Shown here: positions 27,301 to 37,540 of the stretch, piece after piece
How the letters are laid out: every line of letters begins with the position of its first letter
How positions within the stretch are numbered: position 1 is the first letter of the stretch
NCBI GenBank assembly: GCA_051294375.1
Contig: CM119266.1
Location: forward strand, 15,428,285 to 15,492,284
Direction: 5' to 3'
Length of the DNA stretch: 64,000 nt
Source of the DNA: Paraspadella gotoi
Taxonomy: Eukaryota > Animalia > Chaetognatha
Translations under genes and position numbers: made by a program
The notes under the pieces: generated by a model
The model's database searches: none
Told to the model about the DNA's origin: nothing
Seen by the model: the letters and a program-made list of their open reading frames with translations, nothing else

Positions 27301-30300
27301 TCCTACAAAACAAAGATACATGGCGGGCTCTAAGGTATGTTCTCTCAAGGCAGTATCTAAACATTTTTCAAAATGTTTAAAGCTAATGCTAAAACATCTT
27401 AAAGTATACTATCAAGTAGTTTTTCAAAGATCTGGAATAAAACATTATTGGATAGTTGATGATTCTTTGGAGTTTTTGGAAAAAATTTCTCAATTAAAAA
27501 CAGATTTTCTAGAAACATATGATTTTTCAACATTATATCCATCACTTCCTCATTATGAAATCGGGAGTAGGCTAGAAATTTCATTCAGAACAATTTTTTC
27601 TAGGGAAAATAAAACATATATAAATGTAAATCATAATAAAGCTTATTTTTCAAATACTAAGAATAAGGGATATATTTCTTTTACTGAGAAAGATTTGAGT
27701 GTTGTCCTCGACTTTATTTTAGATAATGTTTTTGTCAAATTTGGCTCCTTAATATACAAACAAACATTAGGAATACCAATTGGACTAGATTCTGGACAGG
27801 ATGTTGCCAATGTGTTGTTATTTTATTTTGAATCAACATATATGGAAAATATGTCAAAAAATAATTTAGGAATCGCAAGACAATTTAAAAATTGCTCAAG
27901 ATATATTGATGACCTTTTTTCGGCCGATTTTAGGGATTTTAAAATACATCTTGCCAACATATATCCAGCAGCACTTACTGTAAATAAATCTAATAGCACA
28001 GATACAGATGTAGATTATTTAGACATTAACATTAAATCAGAAAACAAAAATCTTACTCTGTCTGTTTATGATAAAAGGGATTCCTTTTCTTTTGAAGTGG
28101 TTAATTACCCATATATGGACAGTTGTATTCCTAAAGGGGCAGCACTGGGTGTGTTTGTTGGCCAATTAATAAGATATGCAAGAATATGTTCGACGTTTAC
28201 AGATTTTTCATCAAGAGCTATAAATTTAAGCAAAAAACTACAAAGTCAGGGTTATATATTTAAGGACTTAGGGAAAATGGGAATTAAATTTTTTAATAAT
28301 TATAAGGAGCTAATAAATAAATATAATGTTACTGATGTTAATCTATTTTCAAAAAAGATTATACATGATAGTTCCTAATAAAAATGACAGGAAAAAATAA
28401 CAAAAATAAACCACTAAGTAATAATTATAATAACAACATCAACAATATTATTTAAATAACTTATTTAATTTATTTAACTTATTTAACTCTCTGATTTAAT
28501 TTGTTTTTTAACTTTTACCAATTAACTTATTGTTAACTTTGCATTAACATACCCTTAATTATTAACTTATTATTAAACTAATTATTTAACTTATTTTATT
28601 TATTTACAAATTACAAATTATTATAAAACCTTAATAAAATTTCTCTAAAATTAATAATGCTGTGATGCCAGGGCTTTGGTCTGTTTCAGATAAACATTCA
28701 AGATATACCTTTAAAACATAAGATAAGCAACAATGAAGGATCACCATTTGGTGATGGCTCGCCTATACCTGGATATTGGGATTAAAGAGCCGAAATCCAT
28801 GAAGGGTATAGGTTCCCAACTGATGACCTTCCCATTGTATAAAAATAAAAGATAAAAAATATTCAAAAAAGAAATAATTAAAAAATAGGATAAAGAAAAA
28901 ACAAAATTTTCATTAAAATATTTTAAAATTATATTCATGACATAAAGGTGCCCCTATAGACCTTTCCCCAGTGTGTATCCCTATCGGAGCATGCAGTTCT
29001 GCATGGTGGTCTTATCCCTATTGGTAAAAAAATCATATATAACGTTGGTCCCTCAAAAAATTATCCATTCCCACCCCTTTCTGTTCGGCCTCTTAGATAT
29101 TGTGATTTTTCATTAATGACTTTCTAACAGAAATGATGTGTGATATCTATTGGAAAACTAGGACAGATAGTAATCTAACCTTGTGTTGTATAGATGCTCC
29201 CTCTATTTCCAGAAGACAACACTGACTTCCCCTTCCCAGGTTGTATTATTAGATAAATAAAACATTTTTAAAAAAGAAAGCAATATATGTTTGAATAAAT
29301 AATATGGATTAAGTGATGAATCCTTCATAAAAATATTAAAATATTAAAATAGAAAAATGAAAAATAGTGAGACAAGTAATTTGCAAATTTTCATAAGAAA
29401 CTGGAATTCACAAACGATCACAAGATCGTCCAAAATCGGAATTGTACATGGTTGATCTCTCAAAAGCATGAATGTCCCTCATCCGAGTGTGTTTTTACTT
29501 GAGCCAAAACAAAACAAATGAGAAATCAAAACAATCCCATACACCTCTAAGTCGACAGTCGGCATTTTGAAAATACCCAGGGCGAGAGCAACACTGAGCC
29601 AACAAATGAGAAATCAAAACAACCCCATACACCTTTTAGGTCCACAGTCGGCATTTTGAAAAAGCCCAGGGCGAGAGCAACACTGAACCAACGTTATTAA
29701 CACCACCGACGACGACACGAAAAGGACCGTCCCAGAATTTTAGGCCCTTAAAGTCGAGTTTCGACGAATGTTGATCGTCGTCACATCGTCGCTCTCAGCG
29801 TCGTCGAATATGGGGAAAAGTCACGAACTCCTTAATGGTCGCGTTTGTTTTCTATTTGGTCGTCGTTCTCGTTGTCGTTGTCGTCGTCAGTGTCGTTGTC
29901 GATGTCGTTGTCCGAAATCATAGAATACCATGGAGAGAAAGAAAGACTAAGAATTAAGAGAGAGAGAGAGAGAGAGAGACTCACTCTGATCGACGTTTAC
30001 ACCGACGACCCAGGATTCGTCGTCGTCGAAGTGAATGTCTCCCCCAACATCTTCTCCCGGCGCGAAGGCGTGGGCGAGCACGCGGTCTGAACAAGGGATG
30101 ATATTAAATTAAATAAATATTAATTTATTAATTACCTTCAAAAATTTTTTTCACTATCTCACTAGGGCCGTCGAACGGATAAATGTCTCCGTGATTCCAT
30201 CCCCCGAAGTCGATCCTAATGTCGGCGCCGAAACATCCTTGCGTTCTGTTGAAACAGGCTCAACTACGTTGCTATTTTGTCTAAATTTATTTTTAAAACC

Positions 30301-30652
30301 AACATATATCGTTTTAACAGACCTGATCATGTCGAATCTGAATGGGGAATTTTGAGACCAGAGGGCGAATGCTCGTCGGACGCTGGATTCTTGATCGGCC
30401 CAGTAGATACGACGACTGTGTTTCATGAAGCTGAAAGATGATCGTAATATTAATAGAAACCAATACGTGATTTTAGGGACGAGGAAAACGACTAACATTC
30501 GTTCATTTAGTAAATTAAAAACTCAACAACGCAATGGTTAAGTCATGACGCCTCATTGTTTGAATTACGAAGGGACACTTGGGCCCACAAGATTAATCCC
30601 TTCATTTGCATTCTGCAATTTGCACCCGAAGCACACGAGAGAAATGCCCAGC

Positions 30653-30686
<34 letters not shown>

Positions 30687-32129
30687 AATCAAACTTATCC
30701 TCCCTTTTCGTGTAACCGAATGATTGGCCCATTGTCAAAATTCCCCTCGTCCTCCGTTGAAAACTGCGACGTTTTTCCTTCCGCATAAAATTATCAACGA
30801 GCAGGAAAAGGTCCCAACCTTGACAGTGTACTGCAAATTGAAGCCTATGATCTAATCCTTTCATTCTATTACAACTAGTACTGCTATTTTATATCGTTTT
30901 ATGCGGGAGGAGCCAATGAAGCCAAAATTCACCACTACGTACTAGCTATTTAGGAAAACTCACCAGTAAGTGAGATGCTTTTTTCTCCACACATCTCCGT
31001 AGACCGTGAATCGTTTAGCACGTCTCCTATTCAATCCGGTTCCCCCTTCCTCGTACACGAGCTCCGCCGAAGCTGATCGTCGTCTCTCAACATCCGGGCG
31101 ACCGCATCGAGGAGACCGCATTAAAGCTAGTGTAGCTTGGTCCAGTTCGCCGGTCTGACAGAAGATTTGATTTGATTGATTGCAAGTTATGACACACCGA
31201 TTGATCGATACATTGATCCATCGATTTTTTTCACATTACCTCCTCCACATTGCCAAACTTTTGCATGTTCTTGATCGCACCCCTTACGCTTGTGTCAGAC
31301 ATCAGGGCTCTCATCCCGTCTTGGGATTCGAAGCTCGGCAAATAACCGTAGGATTCCAAGAATTTCTGTCAAAATGTTTATTGGTTAAAAATGGAAAATA
31401 TTTAAGGATTCCCCAACCTGAAAGTTACATTATTCAACTTATGAAACAAATCAATTTTCCGTTGTCTAACGTTTCCAGATGTATCGTGCTTTGTTTCTAT
31501 CGCGTGATCTTTCGTGATCGACGAAAGCGCAAACAACTGAGTACAACGTAACATCTGGAAAGCGTAACCCGAACGATCGTATCTCTACGTTCTAATCTTT
31601 TTCTTCCAAATTACTCGAATATTTTTAGCGTAAAATTTCTGCCTGGAAACGAGAGAAACGTACTGAAGATTAAAAAGTATCGATTTTCGGCGGGAATCTC
31701 CGAGGAATCGCGTTGTCTATCCCTCCGGTAAACTCTCTCTCTTTCTTGACGAGCCTTTTTCATCGGCAGACATTGAAGCTTCGTCAGTCAGTCAAAGCCT
31801 TTGATTAACGAGCAAAACGACCTCTTTCGACGCAACAATGTTTTTTCTCTTTGTCTCAGAATCCAGGTTTATCACCTTTACTCATTCGGGTCTCGTGTCT
31901 CCTTTCTTCTTTCCGATTAGCTCTGTCCCGTCCGCTATCCTTCCCTCCCATATTTTGTTTCCTTTTGTTTTCTTTAGTTTTTAATTTCTCTTCGAAGGAA
32001 AATAAAAGAGAGAGAGAAAAAAAAAGTTTCAGGTTCTAAAACTTCTCCTTTTTTTATCCTTGCCTTTGCCGCGGTCACGCGTCTATCGATCGGCGCCCCA
32101 GGGGGACCAGGAAATTTTATGCTAATTCA

Positions 32130-32183
<54 letters not shown>

Positions 32184-34707
32184 TCGAGCGTGATCGCCCG
32201 GTAACAGTAAAGCCACTTCATCGACCATCAAAATACGAACCAAAAATGCATAGCACTGTTCCAATACCCCCCCTTTTTGCCTCTTTCTCTTTTTTCACTC
32301 GTTAACCCTAAAGGCCCAAAGTTCCCCTGGGGACGAAACCCCGTGGGGCAGAAGGTGAAACATAAACAAAAACAATGAAAAGATCTGAGGCGATGAAAGC
32401 GATGAAAAGAAAGGGTTTTATACTTTCGACTCTTTTTTTTTTCATACTTCTTTTCTATTTTTATTTCTTTTTTTACTTTCTTCTTTCTTCTCACCTAATT
32501 ATTTTCAGATTCACAATACAATCTTCATTTTTTTTTCATTCCTTTTTCATTTTTCCATCTCAAATTCTATTAAACGAAAATCACGGGGGAAGAGATCGAA
32601 TTTAAATTTTCGCGCGACGGGAGGCGATAGATTTGGATGCACGTATGGAGTAGAGAGGATGAATAGACAGTGGAGAAAAGAGAGGTGGTGTTGAACGGGA
32701 GTTCGAGGGTGAAAGGGCTTCGGGAATTATCGCAGTAATTTGAAAAAATAAATTGAGAAATCTGGAGATGGTCTTTTCCAACGATCGAAACGCGTGCGTG
32801 ATTTCGTCGATCAATGAATATTTCATCTCGACTTAAAACGATGACTATGAATTTCATTTAAAAATGATTTTTAATTTACGAGTCAGTCGAATCATCGTGC
32901 CAGGCCGGGAGGGCAATAAACGTAAACCGTCGTTAAGCAAAAGAAAAATGAGAAGAATTAATTCGATGGTCGTTTGTGATTCGCTGAAAAACAAAAAGGG
33001 AAAGCCGTGAATCGAGACTCGTAAATCTTTTCACTGCTTCACTAATCTTTTGTCTTTCTTCCCATAGTCCAAAAAATGAATCACTCGCACCGAAAGAAAA
33101 ACATATTAGTCAATCGTCAACTGACAAAATATGAATTTTCTCAAAGGAAATTTAATCTAACAAACAATCAAAAAATAAAAGGAGTGGCTTCTTGGCCTGG
33201 ATGACTTGACGAAAGATTGAAAAAAAATGTAGGGGGTTAACGAAATTAATAAAAAGTTGAAAAAATATTGACATGATTGCTAGGGCAATTGTTCTTGGAT
33301 ATCGACCATGTTACAAGCTTTAACTTGACTAAAAAAAAACTAACTCAAGATTAAAATATTCTTTCGCTTTAATGCCTTGCAGACTTTTGACCAAAGAAGA
33401 AAAACATAAAAAAACTAAAGAAAAAAGAAAAAGAAAGTTTTAATGGCGACGACGCGTGTCTCGGTATAACGATGTTGACTCCTTTATTAATTCCTAGACA
33501 AAACATAAAATCCGACGAAAACGAGACAAGAAAACATCGAGGAATTTAAAACGACGTCGACGACGACGACGACGACGATTTAACGACTTTAGACCCTTTT
33601 TTTTTCATCAAGTTTTCTTTTCTCGGCTAAAAGAAAACTCCCCGGAAACGTTCCCCCCTTCCCCATATGGAGCGAGATATCTGAGAAAAGGCATCGCCTA
33701 AAAACCGGCGACCTCCCGCTAATCGCTTCAATCGCCAGCGTCGAACCAACATCGCCTTTTTCTTTGTTTATTTGTCGCTCACGGGAGGTGATTGTGATAA
33801 AGAGGCGAGGTGATTGTGATAAAGAGTCGAGGTGATTGTGATAAAGAGGCGAGGTGATTGTGATAAAGAGTCGAGGTGATTGTGATAAAGAGGCGAGGAA
33901 TGCGCTGACCTTCACAAGACGATGACGATTTCGCCACGGACCAGTTTTTTTATCGGGTCGATCTCGGCACAAAGTTAAAAAAAAAATCCTAAAAGGAGAG
34001 ATCCCGTCGACACATTTTTCATAAGATACTTTTTTTATTGTTAAAGTTTTTTTACCACCTCATTAAAATTTATAAACGAGAGACGCCCTGTTATGGCTTG
34101 AGACCGAGCAAAATTTAAACAATCTCCGATTACCAGTTTCCCACCCACCCACCAAAGAAGAACCACCAACCCCTGCCCCCCTACCCCCTTAAATCCGACT
34201 CACCAAACCCTCAAAGATCTGAGATTTTGCTCCTTCATTTCCCCCGTCATTTCGGTCTCCTCCTCCTCCTCCTCCTCCTCCTCCTCCTCCTCCTCTTCCT
34301 CTTCTTGTTCCTCCTTCCTCCAGGATCTTTTCGTCTTCGCTCGATCTCTCGTTCCTCCTTCTTCCGACATCCGGCTTCCAGTTTATCGTTCGTCCGCCAG
34401 GATTCGATGACCAATCCGATAAGTTCGATTTCGCGACGGAGAGAAGCGGCTCGAAGGACGACGACGACGACGACGATGAAAAAGACGAAAGTAAAGACGA
34501 CACGGAGGAAATAGACGTCGCTGTTCTTTTGTTGACGTCGACGCCGATCCAGCGGCGAGAGGCGACCGGCAACGACGCGGCGAGAGGAAACGCGAGAAGG
34601 CAAAGAAAGTAGAAAACGAGAACAGAGGAACGTCGGAAACTCGCTAGGAACGGACGGAAGGCTGGAGATTCGAAGGCGGAGGGGAAGACGTTGGAATGCG
34701 TCGTCAT
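22815..34707 (-). CDS. Matrix metalloproteinase (M10A), furin-activated, four hemopexin blades and hydrophobic C-tail (probable GPI anchor); ~707 aa from Met 34707 (frame is open upstream to Met 35232)
   Basis: 14 phase-consistent exons: 34707-34204, 31365-31240, 31154-30964, 30430-30323, 30245-30163, 30086-29985, 25342-25245, 25149-25089, 25021-24842, 24777-24640, 24469-24329, 23409-23296, 23233-23145, 23003-22815. Cysteine switch PRCGRPD, RRAKR furin site, [18 protein letters not shown]...[22 protein letters not shown], Met-turn AIMTPYY, hemopexin CDTNFDAA...W.KC. Confidence 0.93.
23800..23975. ncRNA. Candidate structured small RNA in MMP intron 11 (SL-RNA-like on - strand, or box C/D-like on + strand)
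   Basis: GC-richer island with four hairpins. Minus strand: donor GAG|GTAGG at 23934/23933 within stem-loop I, Sm-like AATTTGAG 23832-23825, terminal hairpin 23821-23803. Plus strand: ATGATGA 23916-22, CTGA 23937-40, GTGAGGA 23951-57, CTGA 23968-71. Confidence 0.4.
26196..26247 (+). repeat. 4 x 13-bp tandem repeat AGACTTATTTAAA at the 5' junction of the retroelement
   Basis: Copies at 26196, 26209, 26222, 26235; the last runs in frame into the RT ORF ([18 protein letters not shown]). Confidence 0.9.
26285..28378 (+). CDS. Penelope-like reverse transcriptase with upstream CxC linker; N-terminal GIY-YIG endonuclease absent (truncated), no C-terminal endonuclease; 697 aa
   Basis: Intronless AT-rich ORF. 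CxC domain [34 protein letters not shown]; RT motifs [12 protein letters not shown] (A), [10 protein letters not shown]....DVAN.LL.YFE (B'), RYIDDLF (C), DYLDINI (E); thumb [15 protein letters not shown]...[10 protein letters not shown]. Confidence 0.9.
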   Translation: MHYIRTYLCGLPRGKLLILYNESRNLNDHEYRNLRDGIIMISDIRLFKPVLTEKIRGGEYYHINFIDKGLDYINLGGILNSKTIQNKIPVYFDCREPPMVGYGYGGSIAGLMFNYRRCLKNEDVNNIDMDLMVCDCENSTFKDPYHYHIITGNLNIIENENLKKILKKGPKCRLPGKVGWIKGMDNMADFIDVYAGDWIGRENQANKDTKININVLNVWKKEVLNLVKKRIEYCKNKVKNTFPLNVAGSLKTELNRLQDKFIITPADRAQGNIIFTCKKFYYKRLKEELIDSQSYNFTNETAESINKRIAKFGEDYGIKVKDEMKEIPIIYFIPRVHKSPTKQRYMAGSKVCSLKAVSKHFSKCLKLMLKHLKVYYQVVFQRSGIKHYWIVDDSLEFLEKISQLKTDFLETYDFSTLYPSLPHYEIGSRLEISFRTIFSRENKTYINVNHNKAYFSNTKNKGYISFTEKDLSVVLDFILDNVFVKFGSLIYKQTLGIPIGLDSGQDVANVLLFYFESTYMENMSKNNLGIARQFKNCSRYIDDLFSADFRDFKIHLANIYPAALTVNKSNSTDTDVDYLDINIKSENKNLTLSVYDKRDSFSFEVVNYPYMDSCIPKGAALGVFVGQLIRYARICSTFTDFSSRAINLSKKLQSQGYIFKDLGKMGIKFFNNYKELINKYNVTDVNLFSKKIIHDSS
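28731..28837 (+). other. Predicted interlocked multi-stem RNA structure in the 3' region of the retroelement
   Basis: Four perfect pairings in order A B C D A' C' B' D': GGCTC/GAGCC, CCTATACC/GGTATAGG, TGGAT/ATCCA, TTGGGA/TCCCAA, enclosed by an imperfect CAATG-AAGG / CCTT-CC-CATTG stem. Confidence 0.5.
29513..29692. repeat. Tandem duplication, 2 x ~88 bp
   Basis: aacaaatgagaaatcaaaacaaYcccatacacc...cagtcggcattttgaaaa..cccagggcgagagcaacactgaRcc occurs twice in tandem. Confidence 0.85.
33785..33898. repeat. 22-bp minisatellite x5 (GAGGTGATTGTGATAAAGAGKC) with alternating G/T variant (44-bp higher-order unit), MMP intron 1
   Basis: Read directly; units end alternately in ggc and gtc. Confidence 0.9.
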
Positions 34708-35325
34708 CTTGGAATGAGTCGAGTGTTTGAAGGAATTTGGAGAGGACGAGGTTGTTAAAGATAAGTTAGAGATTTTCCTCGAGAGGCCAACCTTTCTTTT
34801 GACAGGGCGAGGGACGTTCGTCATTTTTTCGGAAGAGGTTTTATAAGCGACGAGTCTCTCTACTTCGAAAAGGGAAAAGGGTCGCTGTCTTTTGGTTTCC
34901 TTTTCTATTCGATCGAAACGAGAATGGAGTTTTGCGGTTTTCGATTTAGATTTCAGTTTCGCGTCGAAAGGGCGAAGCCGCGACGAGGGGAAATCGTTTA
35001 TATAACCATCGCCAACGGAGGACGAAAATTGGATTATAGGACAGACAGATGACGATGACGACGATGCTGATGACGACGACGAAGAAGCCGACGACGGCGA
35101 GAGTGATGTCAACGAGGCTTCGATCGAAACGTCCGGTTGATTTTCCGTCGTGACCTTATTTGGAATCGCCTCCTTTAGTTCCGCTTCAGACGGAAGAAAA
35201 TTGGTTTGTGCGTTGGCGTGGCGACACCTCATGCTTCCGCCAATGCAAGGGATCGATTTTCAGGGACTGAAGTGATTATCGCGCGAAAAAAAGCGTGATG
35301 AGGAAATGATGAGAAAATCTGTTTA

Positions 35326-36644
35326 CAGGGACTTCAATCTGGACCGATACGAAAAGGCTTTATGAAACTCGTAATTCTTTCGCTGTATATTTTTTTTTTA
35401 TAATATTTATTACTTGACGATTAAGTTGACCTAAAAAATGTTAAAATTTCTTAATAGTATAATCACAGTGGCTCCCAAGCACGGAGTCACTTTTCTTCAT
35501 TTTTCTGATTGTGAAGTTATCTGATAGAAAAATTTTAAAAAATGGCGATAAAAAAATATTTTTTAATTTTTTATGATAAAAATTTTTAATGTAAAACCTA
35601 ACTTACTTATTATGGTAACTAATATTTATTAACAAAGTCGACTTTCATAATTTTTTTCCCCCTAAACCAAAATTTTTATTTTTAATAGATTTTAAAGGGA
35701 AAAAGTAATGATTATTATCAAGTATTATTCATATTATAAAAAAATTTGGTTCATGATACATATACTACAGTATCTAATTAATAAAAAAAAGATTTAAAAA
35801 AAATACAATTGTTATGAAGGATTGATAGCAAGATCTACTTTTAAAGTAAAAATTCTGCTTCTTCAGATATTTACCCTCTGAGGTAAATGTTTATAACATT
35901 ATAAAATTATATTCATGACATAAAGGTGCCCCTATAGACCTTTCCCCAGTATGTATCCCTATCAGAACATACAATTCTACATGGTATTCTTATCCCTATT
36001 GGTAAAAAAAATTATATATAACGTTGGTCCCCCCTCAAAAAATTATCCATTCCCACCCCTTTCTGTTCAGCCTCTTAGATATTATGATTTTTCATTAATG
36101 ACTTTCTAACAGAAATGATGTGTGATATCTATTAGAAAACTAGGACAGATAGTAATCTAACCTTGTGTTGTATAGATGCTCCCTCTATTTCCAGAAGACA
36201 ACACTGACTTCCCCTTCCCGAATTGAATTATTAGATAAATAAAACATTTAAAAAAAAAAAAAAAAAAAAGAAAGAAAGCAATATATATTTGTTTAGATAA
36301 TATAGATTAAATACTAAATCCTTCATAAAATATAAAAATAGAAAATAGTGAAACAAGTAATTTGCAAATTTTCATATAAGATATAACACTGCTATGTCAT
36401 TAGTTTCTAAGAAAGATGGAAGCCTTAAACTACCAAAACCTGTCCAAAGTCAGTGGCAGGATAGCTTATTTATTAAATGAATGGATAATTTTTGTATTGG
36501 TTGTACCAATTTCATAGCAGCTATCCTAGCTAGAATGTTACGAATCGGTAAATAATCGAATAAGAAAAAAATTTACAACCTGATTGCTTTTAATTTCGAT
36601 TATATTACAAGTTTTTTTTGTATCACTCCAGATTGAAGTCCCTG
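35326..36644. mobile_element. Non-autonomous TIR DNA transposon (MITE-like) carrying a nested retroelement fragment
   Basis: 18-bp perfect inverted repeats CAGGGACTTCAATCTGGA (35326-35343) / TCCAGATTGAAGTCCCTG (36627-36644), extending imperfectly inward; left flank TA, right flank TC; no coding capacity. Confidence 0.65.
35902..36516 (+). mobile_element. Solo pseudo-LTR-like fragment of the same Penelope-like family, running into the probable start of the element ORF (ATG 36394)
   Basis: 35902-36376 aligns to 28924-29395; 36389-36516 aligns to 3346-3473. Confidence 0.85.
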
Positions 36645-37002
36645 TCGTTGTTTTTTTTTCTTCGTTTTTGTATTAATTGTTGTCATCGAAAAACCGGAGC
36701 CGACGTCGACAAAGAGAGACGATTTAAGGCAGAAACTTCAATCGTGACGAGATTTTGACTTCGGGGCAAAAAAATCGAGTGATTTAGTTGTTTTTCCCGT
36801 CGCTCGATCTTCACTCTGTTTTTTCACGACCAGGCCGACCGCGAGTCTCTATTGTGATTGGATTAAATTTTAATTTCATTATGTTTTTCCGAGAGACTTC
36901 GTGGCGAGAGAGTGAGAGATTGAAGGGAAAAAAAGTAAATGGATGGATCGTTTTCTTTATTTGAAACAAGATCCGAGACGTTATCGTGGAGAGGGAGAGA
37001 GA

Positions 37003-37068
<66 letters not shown>

Positions 37069-37540
37069 TCGAACGAGGGACCACCGAAAAAAGGGTTTAG
37101 GAAATTTAAAAAAAAAAAAACGAAAAAAATCAAAAAGAAAATAAATATAAATCGAAAAATGAAAACAAGAAAATAAAAATAAGATAAGATTTTTCTTTCA
37201 GTCTTTTTGTTCAGAGATAGACATCGCTTCGGGAGTAAATCATTGAAATTGTGTTTCTAAAATGGAATAGAATAGAATATAATGACAATGTACTTAACCA
37301 TAATCAAAATTCCTACTGTTATTGAGTTTATTTACAGTAATTTACGACACTCACACTAAGGATTCAGATTTAGAGGTTTTCCTGTTTTGTTTTTTTTCTC
37401 ACTTATCCTGTAATCATAAATTTGATGGCAATGTTTTTTCTGATAAAAAAAACATATTCGTATATTTTTCTTTGGTTTGTCATAATTTTTTCGTCTGAGC
37501 TCAGTTGATATCTTACCAGGAAATCTTTCTTTTTCTTTTT

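Larger units (their letters stand above)
26196..29395 (+). mobile_element. 5'-truncated Penelope-like retroelement (Naiad-type), antisense in MMP intron 6 (25343-29984), A-to-G hypermutated
   Basis: RT ORF plus ~1 kb 3' region, part of which (28924-29395) recurs at 35902-36376; 13-bp tandem repeats at the 5' junction; no clear TSD. Confidence 0.85.

Noticed and set aside
26285-28378. Domesticated intact RT gene, or bacterial RT system (retron/DGR)
   Set aside because: Frame is 5'-truncated, conserved motifs are eroded, dispersed sister fragments exist, changes are A-to-G rather than A-to-N, and no TR/VR pair was seen
28787-28830. Canonical hammerhead ribozyme (CGAAA ... CTGATGA)
   Set aside because: Stem II cannot form between the base after CTGATGA and the base before GAAA, and stem I is poor; kept only as part of the pseudoknot finding
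26285-28840. Selenoprotein Naiad with SECIS
   Set aside because: No in-frame TGA in the RT ORF and no convincing AUGA-AA-GA SECIS; the TGA at ~36478 in the sister fragment aligns to Glu, not Cys
29811-29930. Asp/Asn-rich possible extra MMP exon
   Set aside because: No good acceptor, ends in a stop, and exons 6 and 7 already join in phase
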